Below are positions 38,311-51,165 of a stretch of 64,000 bases of DNA, in pieces. The stretch is from contig CM059432.1 of assembly GCA_030390025.1 (NCBI GenBank), forward strand, positions 113,958,001-114,022,000, read 5' to 3'. The stretch comes from Squalus acanthias. Lineage: Eukaryota. The position numbers were made by a program, and so were the translations under genes. The notes under the pieces were generated by a model, which saw nothing but the letters and a program-made list of their open reading frames with translations, was not told the origin of the DNA and searched no databases. Numbering within the stretch: position 1 is the stretch's first letter; each line of letters starts with the position of its first letter.

Positions 38311-41300
38311 TTAAACCAACTTGATGAGGTAACAGGGAGGGTTGATGAGGATGATGTGGTGTACATGGACTTCCAAAAGGCATTTGATAAAGTGCCACAT
38401 AATAGGCTTGCCAGCAAAGTTGAAGCCCATGGAATAAAAGGGACAGTGGCAGCATGGATATAAAATTGGCTAAGTGACAGGAAGCAGAGAGTAGTGGTGA
38501 ACGGTTGTTTATCGGACTGGAGGGAGGTACACAGTGGTGTTCCCCAGGGGTCTGTACTAGGCCCACTGTTTTTCTTGATGTATATTAATGACTTGGACTT
38601 GGGTATACAGGGCACAATTTCAAAATTTGCAGATGACACAAAACTTGGAAGTATAATGAACAGTGAAGCGGGTAGTAATAGACTTCAAGAGGACATAGAC
38701 AGGCTGGTGGAATGGGCGGACACGTGGCAGATGAAATTTAACAGAAAAATGCGAAGTGATACATTTTTGGTGGAAGAATGAGGAGAGGCAAGATAAAGTA
38801 AAGGGTACAATTCTAAAGGGGATGCATGAACATAGAGACCTGGGGGTATATGTGCACAAATCGTTGAAGGTGGCAGGGCAGGTTGAGAAAGTGGTTAAAA
38901 AAGCATACGGCATCCTGGGCTTCATAAATAGAGGCATAGAGTACAAAAGCAAGGAAGTTATGATAAGAACATAAGAAATAGGAGCAGGAGTAGGCCATTC
39001 GGCCCTTCGAGCCTGCTCCGCCATTCAATGAGATCATGGCTGATCTTCTGTCTCAATTCCATTCACCAGCCCTATCGTCATATCCCTTGATGCCTTTACT
39101 AGTCAGAAATCTATCGACTTCAGTTTTGAATATACCCAATGACTGAGCCTCCACAGCCCTCTGGGTAGAGAATTCCAAAGATTCACCACCCTCTGTGTGA
39201 AGAAATTTCTTCTCATCTCAGTACTGAATGGCCTACCCTTTATCCTGAGGCTGTGGCCCCTGGTTCTAGACTCCCCAGCCAAGGGAAACATTCTCCCAGC
39301 ATCCACCCTATCAAGCCCTGTAATAATTTTGTATGCTTCAATGAGATCCCCTCTCATTCTTCTGAATTCAAGAGAATGCAGGCCTAGTTTACTCAATCTC
39401 TTCTAATACGACAGTCCCACCATCCCAGGAATCAATCTCGTGACCCTTCGTTGCACTCCCTCTGTGGCAAGTATGTCCTTCCTTAGGTAAGGAGACCAAA
39501 ATTGTACACAGTACTCCAGGTGTGGTCTCACCAAGGCCCTATATAATTGGAGTAAGACTTCTTTACTCCTGTACTCAAATCCTCTTGTAATGAAGGTCAG
39601 CATACCATTTGCCTTCCTAATGGCTTGCTGCACCTGCACATTCACTTTCAGTGTCTCGTGTACAAGGACACCCAGGTCTCTTTGAGCATCTGCATTCCGC
39701 AATCTTTCACCATTTAGGAAATACTCTGCCTTTCTGTTTTTTCTACCAAAGTGGATAACTTCACATTTATCCACATTATATTCCATCTGCCATGTTCTCG
39801 CCCACTCACTGAGCCTGTCGAGATCCCCTTGAAGCCTCTTCACATCCTCTTTCCAACTGACACTGCCAACTAGCTTTGTATCATCAGCAAATTTGGAAAT
39901 GTTACATTTAGTCCCCTCATCCAAATCATTGATATAGATTGTGAATAGCTGGGGCCCAAGCACCGATCCTTGCGGTACCCCACTAGTCACAGCCTGCCAT
40001 CCTGAAAAAGACCCATTTATCCCTACTCTTTGTTTTCTGTCTGTTAACCAATTCTCAATCCATGCCAGTATATTACCCCCAATTCCATGTACCCTAATTT
40101 TGTTCACCAACCTCTTGTATGGGACCTTATCGAAGGCCTTCTGAAAATCAAAATACACCACATCTACTGGTTCTCCTTTGTCTACTCCACTAGTTACATC
40201 CTCAAAGAACTCCAATAGGTTTGTTAAACAGGATTTCCCTTTCATAAATCCATGTTGACTCTGCCCAATCTTACTATTAGTTTCTAAGTGCCCAGTTATT
40301 GCATCCTTTATAATAGATTCCAGCATTTTCCCAACTACTGATGTGAAGCTAACAGGCCTGTGGTTCCCCATTTTCTCTCTCCCTCCTTTCTTAAATTGCG
40401 GGGTTACATTTGCTATCCTCCAATCTGCAGGAACCATTCCAGAATCTATAGAATTTTGGAAGATGACAACCAATGCGTCCACTATCCCAATGGCCACCTC
40501 TTTCAAAACCCTAGGATGTAGGTCATCTGGTCCTTGGGATTTATTGACTTTTAGTCCCATTAATTTTGCTAGTACTGTTTTTTTACTAATAATAATTTCT
40601 TTAAGTTCCTCATTCTCGCCACACCCTTGGTTTTCTCGTATTTCTGGGAGGTTTTTTGTGTCTTCCTCCGTGAAGACAGAAACAAGGTATTTATTTAATT
40701 TCATTGCCATTTCCTCATTCCCCATTATAAATTCTCCCGTCTCTGACTGTAAAGGACCTACATTTACCTTCACCAGTCTTTTCCTTTTCACATACCTATA
40801 CAAGCTTTTACAATCCGTTTTTATATTTTGCGTTAGTTTTTGCTCATATTCCATTTTCCCTTTCTTTATCAATTTCTTGGTCCCCCTTTGCTGATTTCTA
40901 AAAAGATCCCAATCCTCAGGCTGACCGCTTTTTCTGGCAACTTTATAAGCTTCCTCCTTTGACTTAATACAAGCTTTAATTTCTTTTGTTAGCCATGGTT
41001 GGATCACTTTTCCTTTTGGGTTTTTATGCCCTAGAGGAATATATATTTATTGCAAATTATGCATTATTTCCTTGAATGTTAGCCATTGTATGTCCACCTT
41101 CATACCTTTTAGTGTAGTCTCCCAATCTACCATGGCCAACTTGTCCCTCATACCCTTGTAGTTTCCTCTGTTTAGATTGAAGACCTTAGATTCAGATCAC
41201 ACTCAAACTTAATGTAAAATTCAATCATATTATGGTCACTTGTCCCTAAAGGCCCCTTTACCACAAGATTATTGATTAGCCCTTGCTCATTACACAGTAC

Positions 41301-42475
41301 CAGATCCAGAATAGCCTGTTCCCTGGTTGGTTCCTCCACATACTGATCCAGGAAACCATCTTGCATGATTTCCATGAATTCATCCTCCACACCATTAGTG
41401 GTAATTTGATTTGCCCAGTCAATATGTAGATTAAAGTCCCCCATGATTACCGTATTGCCCTTGTTACATGCACTTCTAATTTCTTGATTGATACTGTGCC
41501 CTACATTACCACTACTGTTTGGTGGCCTATACACAACTCCCACCAATGTTTTCCGCCCTTTGCTGTTTCTTAGCTCCACCCAAACTGATTCCAGTTCTAC
41601 ATCACGATCTGCCGAACCAAGATCTTTTATCTCTACCGTACTGATCTCATCCCTTATTAACAGCGCTACGCCACCTCCTTTTCCTTTTTGTCTGTCCTTC
41701 CTAAATGTTGAGTACCCTGGAACATTCAGTTCCCAGCTTTGGTTACCCTGCAACCATGTCTCTGTAATGGCAATTACATCATACCCATTTACTTCTATTA
41801 GTGCCATTAATTCATCTACCTTGTTGCGAATGCTACGTGCATTTAGATAAAGTGCCTTCAACTTTGCTGTTTAATATTTTTCTGCACTGATGATGAACTT
41901 GTATAAAACACTGGTTCGGCCTCAACTGGAATATTGTGTCCAATTCTGGGCACCGCACTTTAGGAAGGATGTGAAGGCCTTAGAGAGGGTGTAGAAAAGA
42001 TTTACGAGAATGATTCCAGGGATGAGGGATTTCAGTTACGTGGATAGACTAGAGAAGCTGGGGCTGTTCTCCTTAGAGCAGAGAAGATTGAGAGGAGATT
42101 TGATCGAGGTGTTCAAAATCATGAGGGGTCTGGACAGTGTAGATAGAGAGAAACTGTTCCCATTGGAGGAAGGGTCGAGAACCAGAGGACACAGATTTAA
42201 GCTGATTGGTAGAAGAACCAAAGGCGACATGAGGAAAAACTTTTTTACACAGCAAGTGGTTAGGATCTGGAATGTACTGTCTGAAAGGGTGGTGGAGGCA
42301 GACTCAATCATGGCTTTCAAAAGGGAATTGGATAAGTACCTGAAGGAAAAAAAATTGTAGGGCTACAGGGAAAGGGCGGGGGAGTGGGACTAACTAAAGT
42401 GCTGTTGCAGAGAGCCGGCACGGGCTCGACGGGCCGAATGGACTTCTTCTGTGCTGTAACCATTCTATGATTCTT
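38311..42475 (+). mobile_element. 5'-truncated CR1 LINE (38311-38964 and 41890-42475)
   Basis: GVPQGSVLGP and FADD; the reading frame resumes after the inner insertion; ATTCTATGATTCT tail. Confidence 0.88.
38965..41889 (-). mobile_element. CR1 LINE ORF2 (endonuclease plus RT) inserted inside the previous CR1
   Basis: ORFs 41172-41861, 39403-41007 and 39103-39396; ATGAT duplicated at 38960-38964 and 41890-41894. Confidence 0.92.
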
Positions 42476-43716
42476 CCAGATCCGTGAGAATCTGAATTCT
42501 GCTTGCCCTCCATCCATCTGCTGGTGCTCCTGGCAGTTGTGCGCCACCTTGGCTGCAAGCTAAAGGGAAGAGGTGCAATGTGTTTGGGTGTTGTGCCTGC
42601 CATGGTTGAAGAGCGGGCAGTGTGTGCAAGGTGTGAGATGTGGGTGTGAGTGTTGCAGCAGTGGTAAGTGTGTGAGGGTGAAGTAAAGCTACGATTGTGA
42701 GGTATGAGTAGTGAGAGGTAGAGATTGTTGGTAGGAGAGTGCTGGGGGTGTGGTGCATTGAGCAGTGTGTGAGGCTTGTGGTGCAGATGGTGGGATATGG
42801 CATTTGCTGATGTATTCACTCACCTTGACCACTCGTGTGAAGTCATTAAACTTTTTGTGGCACTGGATCCAGGTCCTGGGGACAACACTCGACGCAGTGA
42901 CACCTTGAGCAATCTCCTTCCAGATCCTTCTTGTGTTCAGCCTTGAAGGCCTCCTGCCCACCCCCCCCCCCCCCCCCCTTGCGGTTAGAGGACCTCACAG
43001 CGTCTTTGAACCCCCAGGACCAAGGCCTCCAATGCCACATCCGAAAATCTTCTAGCCCTTTCCCTCGGCTGTGGGGCCATGACTTTGTTTAGTCTGACAA
43101 TGAGGTGGTTCTGCAACAAAGCACCTCCCCTTTAAGTAGTGCAGAGAGCCTAGGACAAACTTTATCGGCCAGTAGACTGCACCCGATATTGGCTCCCCTG
43201 TTGAGCGCTAAGCCAATCAGCAGTGCTGCAATCATATAAATGAGGAGGCAGCATGAATTTTGCATGCTGCCTGCACCACTTTGAACGGGCACAGGCAAGA
43301 AGCGCTGGGCGATGCCCCCGCCCGTTTTTGGGCATTATCCAATTTCTAGGCCAAAGGGAAATGAACGCTTGGCGAAGTGAGAAATGGGAATGTCATACCA
43401 GTTCAGTAGGGGAATGCTACTGAGATTGGTTATAAGGCATAGTGACAAGCATGACATTGTATCCTGCATCACGTCGTAGAGTATTGCTGTGTCATATCTT
43501 TTCATCTGAATATAGGAACAGGAGTAGGCTATTCAGCCCCTCAAGCCTATTCAGGCCCGAAACCAGAGAGGTGCATTGGGATATCTGTTTGGTGCCCGCA
43601 GCTCACCGGTTCCATTCAAAAGAGGCCCAGGCCTCAAAATGGCTCCAGCCTCTTTCCTCCCTCCACCCAGAATAGGAAGGCGGCCGCTTGTCTTAGAATC
43701 AGAACAAGTTAAAGTA

Positions 43717-43877
43717 CAATCCACCCCTGATAATTCACGTGATTTTTGGGCTAAAAATTTGAATTATCCAATAAATTGAATTAAGCAATGTACGCAGCAA
43801 AGTGAAAATGTCGCGCTAAAATGTTGAATGAGCAGATAATTTGAATTAAGAAAATTTGAATTAAAAGAAGTGGACTG
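43717..43877. mobile_element. Small TA-flanked Tc1/pogo-like MITE, degenerate
   Basis: TA-CAATCCAC..TAATTCA at the left end and TGAATTAAAAGAAGTGGACTG-TA at the right end. Confidence 0.45.
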
Positions 43878-44287
43878 TATTCCTATAAGTCAAAAATAAG
43901 TCGAATCCCATATTACTGTTTATCTGCCAGTTTAGTTTGCTTCTGGATAATTTTATTTCTCACACCTCTTATTATTTTCTTTGTATCCTGTTGTTGCTTT
44001 TTATCGTTTTCCCAGTCTACTGGATTTTCACTTTTCCTTGAATTTGTGTAAGACTTTTCCTTCAGATTGATACTGTCTCATACCTTATTTGTTGACCATT
44101 ATTTAACTATACAAGTGGAGCTTTTGCCTTTGAGGAGTATGTATTGGTTTTGTATCATGCCAATCATTTCTTGCAATACTTCCCACTGTTTGTCTGTAGG
44201 TTTACCCATTAACAGTTTATTGTGGCCAATTCATTTCTCAACCCTTCGCAGTTTGCCAAACTTAAATTTAAAGTTAAAGCACTGGTA

Positions 44288-44652
44288 CAGGAAACTCTTT
44301 ATTAACCGGCACCGACGGGACCGGCGTGGTGCCGGTTAATCAAAAAGTCCGGATAACAGAGAGTTATATCTCCCAACGTACAAGAGCCCCGTACACATTG
44401 ACATGCGCCTGCATTCGGAGCTCCGTCTCCTCGGGGACCGCCAGCTGACCATCTGTCGCGTCCGCTGCCTACCCGGGCTGCACATTCCCCTCCCAATCTA
44501 CACGCTCCGATACAAGGCAAATGCCTCGGGGTTTATTTTTAAAGTTAATTTTAAACGAGAGATGAAGGAAAACCCCGGTTACCTACTCAAGAATTTTGCC
44601 GGTTAAGAGAGATTTCCAGATATTTGGGTGCCGGTTAATAAAGAGTTTCCTG
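44288..44652. mobile_element. Tc1/mariner-pogo (Tigger-like) MITE, 365 bp
   Basis: Perfect 26-bp TIR CAGGAAACTCTTTATTAACCGGCACC with a TA TSD; lies inside an old minus-strand CR1 fragment. Confidence 0.9.
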
Positions 44653-44716
44653 TATATGACTCGCCCTTCTCCCTCTCAAACTTAACATCAAATTCATCCA
44701 TATTAGGGTCACTATG

Positions 44717-45120
44717 GGAACGGTAGCATAGTGGTTATGTCACTGGTCCAGTAATCCAAAGGCTCTGAGCTAATGATCCAGCAGAACATGAATTCAAATC
44801 CCATGGGGAATTTAAATTCAGTTAAATAAATCTGAAATAAAAAGCTAGTGTCAGTAACGGTGATCATGAAACTACTGGATTGTTGTAAAAACCCATCCGG
44901 TTCACTAATGGAAGGAAATCTGCCATCCTTACCCAGTCTGGTCTATTTGTGACCCCAGACCCACAGCAATGTGGTTGACTCTTAACTGCCCTCCCCTAGC
45001 AAGCCATCCAATTGTACCAAACTGCTACAAAGAACAGCAGCTCACCAACCACCTTCTCAAGGGCAATTAGGGATGGGCAATAAATGCTGGCCTTGCCACA
45101 TCCCATGAATGAATAAATAA
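44717..45120 (+). mobile_element. tRNA-derived SINE
   Basis: Same family as 21525-21930. Confidence 0.7.
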
Positions 45121-46819
45121 CAAAATTTGCAAGATGTTCCCTTACCATCCAAGTATTAGAAGGGTATTTGGCTAATTTCAACACTTTTCTATACATTTGG
45201 ATGTCGCTGAAAGAAGTCTGTTCCTATATTTTTTATCTATGGATTGCAGTTAGTATACAGTGTGGAGAAACAGGCAAGTGCTGAGTTTATCTTGTTTGTG
45301 ATTAAGTGTCACATGAATCATGACTTTCCCCACACATTGTCATCTTTTCCCAACTCATGGGATTAAATGTGCATTTCACTGTTCCTCTTTCTGTACTGCA
45401 CGGTTACTGAATTTAATTGCTTAATACCAGTTAAAAACAGAACTGTTGCAAAATCAGAAATAAGCAGAAAACCCACAAATGATGCAAAACTAAATGAATC
45501 TGAAATATTTTACCACTTAATCCAATTTGTTGCGCAAGACACAATAGAGCAAATGTGTCCTCCGTGACACCTCTTATGTAAACAAAGCTTGCTTGGGTAG
45601 CAATCCTTTACTTGGATAAATGTCCATGGCATGATGTTTGGGTCCTTAGATTGCTTCTTTGACAGTTTATTTGTATGATAAATTTCTACTGAGGCCCTGG
45701 AACTGCTTTATGTAAAACAAAATTGCTGTGTGAAACCCTACATTCTATACTGAAACAAGCCTGGGAAATATTTTGAAAATTTCAATTTGTTCCATACAAT
45801 GGCTTGATAGAGTACAAAAAACTTTGGAGGAACACTGTGGGCCTCTGTCTTTCTGCCTCTCACTCCTCTTGAGGTATGGCCATTCCTGATGATGGAACCG
45901 TCCTTTTTGAGGTATGGTAGATCAGATCATCAAGACCTTCATGTATTGGTCTCCGCCTGCATAGGAGGCAAGCTGGCAGATTGCGCCAAGCCCGTGCCTC
46001 AAACGTTGATCCATTCCTGGATTTTCCACCTACGTGTTGTTCAAACTGACCCAATAAGTGGGTCGCTACTACTCTGCTCCACATGCTGCGGCATAAGCAG
46101 CCTCCTGATACCTTATAGCATTTCTTGTGTGAATTCAACCCTCCCTGTTAGCTGACTTGAGCTTTTTGAACGTTCTCCATGGTTGCCATGCCTGCAGCCT
46201 TTTATTTGTCCAAAGGTCTGCCTGTTCATCTTGAGTGGTTGTTGATAGCCAATTATTACTTTGTTGCCCTTATTATGACTTATTTATACCAAAATTGTCT
46301 CTGTTATTTTCCCTTTTGCTTATATGTCCACCCTTTCAACAGCTGCTATGCCATCCCTTACCAATAATGTCACTCCTGTCCCTAATTTTACAGGGTTGCT
46401 TTTGTGAAACATGCTATGTACCGTCTTAGGAACTTTTCAGTACTTCAAGTCTGTTCCGCCATTCAATTAGATCATGGCTGACCTGTATCTTAACTCCATC
46501 TACCCACCTTGGTTCTGTAACCCTTAATATCCTTGCTTAACAAAAATCTATCAATCTCAATTTTGAAATTTTCAATTGAACTAATACTACATCTTGTCCA
46601 TTGTCCAATAACCTCAACCTCATTGTGCAGACCTCCAATTTAGTAATTAATTATACGTCAATATAAAAACATTTAAGCTTTGTTCCACTCCAGTTTTATT
46701 CTCACCTAACTCATGATACCTTTCCATATGACCATTCTTTATGTGTGTGCCTAGGCAATAAATATCATAGTCTATTCAATCATGGCTCACAACCAAGTCT
46801 AAACCCAAGTCAGAACATG

Positions 46820-47895
46820 TGGAGTCAGGGGACAAGCAACAGAATGGACAGCAAGCTGGCTACAGAACAGAAAACAGAGAGTAGGGGTTAAAGGTAGTTA
46901 CTCAGACTGGCAAAAGGTGGGAAATTGTGTTCTACAAGGATCGGTGCTGGGACCTCTGTTGTTCACTATTTACATAATCAATTTGGACTCAAGAATCAAG
47001 TACAATTTGAAAATTTGCAGATGACTCCAAAAATGGGGGTTATAGTTAATACAGAGAAGGACTACGACAAAGTACAGGAAGACATTAATAAACTTGCAGA
47101 ATGCCGTATAATTGGCAATAAGTGTGAGGTGGTACATTTTGGTAGGAAGATTAAGGAAGCCACATACTCCTCGGAAAATAAGTGTCTAAATGGGGTAGAG
47201 GAACAAGGATCTGAGTGTACAGTTACACAAATCACTAAAAGTAATGACACAGGTTAATAAGGACATAAAAAAGCAAACCAAGCTCTGGGGTTCATTTCTA
47301 GAGGTTGAAAAGTAGGTGTTAAACTTGTATAGAACCTTGGTTAGACCACACTTAGAGTACTGTGAACAGTTCTGGCCTCCATATTATAAAAAGGAAATAG
47401 AGGCACTGGAGAAAGTGCAAAAAAGATTTACGGAATGATACCAGAACTGAGAGGATATACCTATCAGGAAAGGTTGAACAGGCTGGAGCTCTTTTCTCTA
47501 GAAAAGAGAAGACTGAGGGGTGAGCTGATAGAGGTCTTTAAGATTATTATTGGGTTTGATAGGGTAGATGTAGAGAAGATGTTTCCACTTCCTCGGGGCC
47601 ATAAATATAAGATACTCACTAAAAAATCCAATAGGAAATTCAGGAGAAACTTCTTCACCCAGAGAGTGGTGAGAATGTGAACTTGCTACCACAGGGAGTG
47701 GTTGAGGCGAATAGCATCGATGCATTTAAGGGGAAGCTAGATAAACACATGAGGGAGAAAGGAATAGAAGGATGTGTTGATGGGGTTAGATGAAGAAGGG
47801 CAGGAGGAAGCTGATGTGGAGCATAAACACCGGCATGGACCAGTTGGGCCGAATGTCCTCTTTCTGTGCTGTAAATACTATGTAATTCTATGTAA
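46820..47895 (+). mobile_element. Decayed CR1 3' fragment
   Basis: KCEVVHFG, RRLRGELIEVFK and RRNFFTQRVV; TAATTCTATG tail. Confidence 0.85.
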
Positions 47896-48617
47896 TCTTA
47901 TCCTCACCTGGCCTCTACACACAGGCACTTTCCAGTGGATAGCAATCACTAGTCGGGAGCGGGAACCCTGGCTGTTTTTCACCTCACTAGCTCAGGGACA
48001 CTGAGGCTAATTGTAATATCTGTATTGCTGCTGCAGCTGATATCAACTATCTCAGCACAGATGAAACTTGAACTTTCCTGGTAGGCAGTGCACTTACTGG
48101 CTGGGCTACCAGGGAATTTTTCAACATTTTCTTCATTGTATTTGAACCTGTTATTACATTTGGGTTCCTCACTTTACCTGGAACAACATTATTTCTGTCG
48201 ACAACTTGGCTGGCTAGAACCATTTGCTTAACCAAGTTACATATTTAGCTTAAATGAACTCAACTACAGTGTTGGGTTTTGAACTAACCACTTAGCTCCT
48301 CATCTGGGTAAATGCAGACCATCAACCCTATATCAATTTCTTTAATTCAGTCTCTGTAAACTCAGAGCCACATCGGTCAGAAACCTCAGCTTATCCTTCA
48401 AAGCACTGTTCACATTTGTCATTGCCTCTGCTGCTTTCAATTCCTGAGTTAAGAGTTAAAATGCTTTGCAGTGATTTTATACAGCTTCCCGAGAGCACAC
48501 TTAAGAGAAGTTCATCAAGAACATTTTGTAGAAGAGCACTGAATTATCTGCAAACTTCCAAATTTGTATTGACAACAGCAAGATACAGACTAATTACATT
48601 GTTTGGACTGTAATAGT

Positions 48618-48783
48618 GGGGTAGATCTTGACTTTGTGTGATGATGTAAAACGGTGATAGCGAGTCTTCAGCCTATTCTACATCTCAGCCCAATGTTTTT
48701 CCCATTGAACAATGGAAGTAAAAATCGGGCCAGGTGTAAAACAGGCTGCCGACTCGCTATCGCACAGAGTCAAGACCTACTCC
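48618..48783. mobile_element. Short palindromic MITE
   Basis: Ends GGGGTAGATCTTGACTTTGTG and (reverse complement) GGAGTAGGTCTTGACTCTGTG; internal GATAGCGAGTC/GACTCGCTATC. Confidence 0.6.
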
Positions 48784-49517
48784 ACTCACAGTATTACAGT
48801 TAGAATAGTGAAATATTCATGAAGTGACAATTAAAACCAATTCATCGTTATTCTAATACTTGACTGTGATTTCTGGAATCCACCATCAAAAATAAACTAA
48901 TGATTATGTGACATTAACTAAATCAATGACATTGAAGAAAATATATGTTATCCCAGTGTCTATAAATAAGCAATACTGACAGCTGCCAATGAATTTAGTG
49001 CCGTAATAAAACCCGATCTTGGGGTTCAACTCATGATTTCTGATAGCACGCACTCTCCCTTTTCGATTGCTGTACTGCATTGTAAATTTACTAGTGGTCA
49101 CGCAGTACCTTTGCTATAACCACTGGCCAATCAGGAGCTATTCAAGTAAATAATTCATGCGGCTGAATATGCCGAGGCAGCGACATTGCCAAGTTTTTAA
49201 CGATTGGAACAGACTGTAAAGAATCAACGTTAACAACAGCTGCTCCATTCCTATTCAACCTCGAATCAGCTCATTATTGTACTTGGGTCAAGTATTTTGT
49301 TGTTACACATCCTTTTTTATAACAAAAGGACTTTGTATCATTTGCTGGAGCTCAGAGTTGATATTAAAAGACACATTGAAACAACAACAGTCACACAAAA
49401 ACTGCAATCAGCAAAGCAACATTGAAATATTAATTGCTGTAATAAAATTGTGAAAGGATCATCCCACAATATATATTTTATAAAAATTAAAATACACCCT
49501 AAATATTAAACCGTTAC

Positions 49518-49740
49518 CTGTGTCTAGTGAGAGTGTTTGCAAGCACAGCGGTGGTCAGAGGTAAAATTAAGTGCAGGTCACACGAATGCTCGCCTTTATA
49601 AACACACGGACATTAGTTTTGTTGACCTGTGTGTGTCTTAGTTTCTCTATGAATCATAAATTTCTAACCGACCCCAACACACAATCCCCTAATTAATTTT
49701 ATAGTCAAATGTAACCAAATAGCTTGTGGAGGGGCTTCCC
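49518..49740 (-). promoter_or_regulatory. Candidate DCSTAMP promoter and short non-coding exon 1
   Basis: On the minus strand: TATAAA at 49600-49595, then a donor CAG|GTAACGG at 49518/49517. Upstream are a kB-like GGGGCTTCCC (49731-49740) and TTTC-N4-TGAATCA (49642-49656). The DNA is not recognisably repetitive. The link to DCSTAMP is inference. Confidence 0.4.
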
Positions 49741-50175
49741 AGCACAGAGAGCTCAGCGTCAGATCTGGAAGGTGCAGAAGCCTAGTGGCCAATTCAACTG
49801 TTTACATTTGGTGCTGATTTACATCCTTACTCACACAGATTATACCAAGTGTATTCAAACATAGCTGATCTGGTTACTTTGTTTTTGCCTCCATTTATTT
49901 CTCTTCTCCTGGATGTGCTGACTCATGCTGGGGGCAGTTCTACAGGTTCACATTGCTCTCTGGTACCTTGTCCATGTGGCCATTTCTCATTTTCAATCCT
50001 AAACAGTGAGGGTGGGTAGGCTACTTGATTATTGAAGAGCATTGTGGCAGAATCCTCAGTGGACATCCATGTGTACATTTTCTAGCACTGGGTAGTAATT
50101 AGGATCAACAAGCTTTGCTGGCTTTTCTCCTCCCTGGTCCAGAGTAACTGTGGCCAATTGTGGCACCCTAACTGA

Positions 50176-50498
50176 GGGCAACATGGTGGCATAGTGGTTA
50201 GCACTGTTGCCTCACAGCGCCAGGGACCCGGGTTCGAATCCGGCCTCGGGTGACTGTCTGTGTGGAGTTTGCACATTCTCCCCGTGTCTGCATGGGTTTC
50301 CTCCGGGTGCTCCGGTTTCCTCCCACAGTCCAAAGATGTGCGGGTTAGGTTGATTTGGCTATGATAAATTGACCCTTAGTGTTCGGGGGGATTAAATATG
50401 TGGGGTTACGGGGATAGGGTGGGATATGTGTCGGTGCAGGCTCGATGAGCAGAAATGGCCTCTATCTGCACTGTGGGGATTCTGTGATATTCTGTGAA
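50176..50498 (+). mobile_element. HE1-like V-SINE
   Basis: tRNA head with A and B boxes, plus the V-domain GTGTGGAGTTTGCACATTCTCCCCGTGTCTGCATGGGTTTCCTCCGGGTGCTCCGGTTTCCTCCCACAGTCCAAAGA. Confidence 0.88.
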
Positions 50499-51165
50499 CT
50501 GGTGTCTGGGCTGAGGACAGCTAACTGAGCACAGACCAGAATTCCAACCTCGATTTCTCTCTAGCCTGCACAGTTCAGTTCAGCACCACATAGTTCACTT
50601 ACCAACTGTATCACCAGAGGAAGGGGATCTAATTTAAAGGGGTGCTTTTAGATGAAAAAGACCCTTGGAAGACACTTCACCAGGTCAGCAGTTAGAGATC
50701 CCATGGCACTATTTGAATAAGAGTACAGTAGTTCTTCTGGTGTCCTGTCAAATAGTTATCCCTCATCCAAAACCACCTAAAAACATATTACTAGTCTTAA
50801 AGTCTCTGTCTCAGAGACAGTTCTTTCCCATTGTTGTTTGCGGGACCTTGGCTGCCTAGTTTGCCTACAGAAAACAGTAACTACACTTCAAAAGTAATTG
50901 GGATGTCCTGAGGATATGAAAGGCACCAAAGAAATACAAGATCTTTTTGCTTTAGAGGACAGCTTGGTGGCATGATTAACAGCACGAGGATTCTTTACAA
51001 ATTCCTTTACAAATGTCATCTGGCGTTAACTAGTTATGATTATCATTATAAGCGGAGATTTAAGGGTGTAAGTTTGAAGTTGTGGTGGATCGCCACCTAA
51101 ACGGGCATTATCCACTTTTCCGTCCGTGGACAATATATCGATGCACCTTCCCTTTAAGGCACCTT

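Larger units (their letters stand above)
35555..43352. mobile_element. Second PIF/Harbinger transposon, carrying two nested CR1 insertions
   Basis: Ends GGCTGTGAAATTC and (reverse complement) GGCCTAGAAATTG, flanked by AAA at 35552-35554 and 43353-43355. Transposase pseudogene on + (36052-37222); Myb/SANT pseudogene on - (43080-37391). Confidence 0.85.

Noticed and set aside
50176..50250. tRNA gene
   Set aside because: The A and B boxes belong to a SINE head continuous with the V-domain. The same applies to the other SINE heads.
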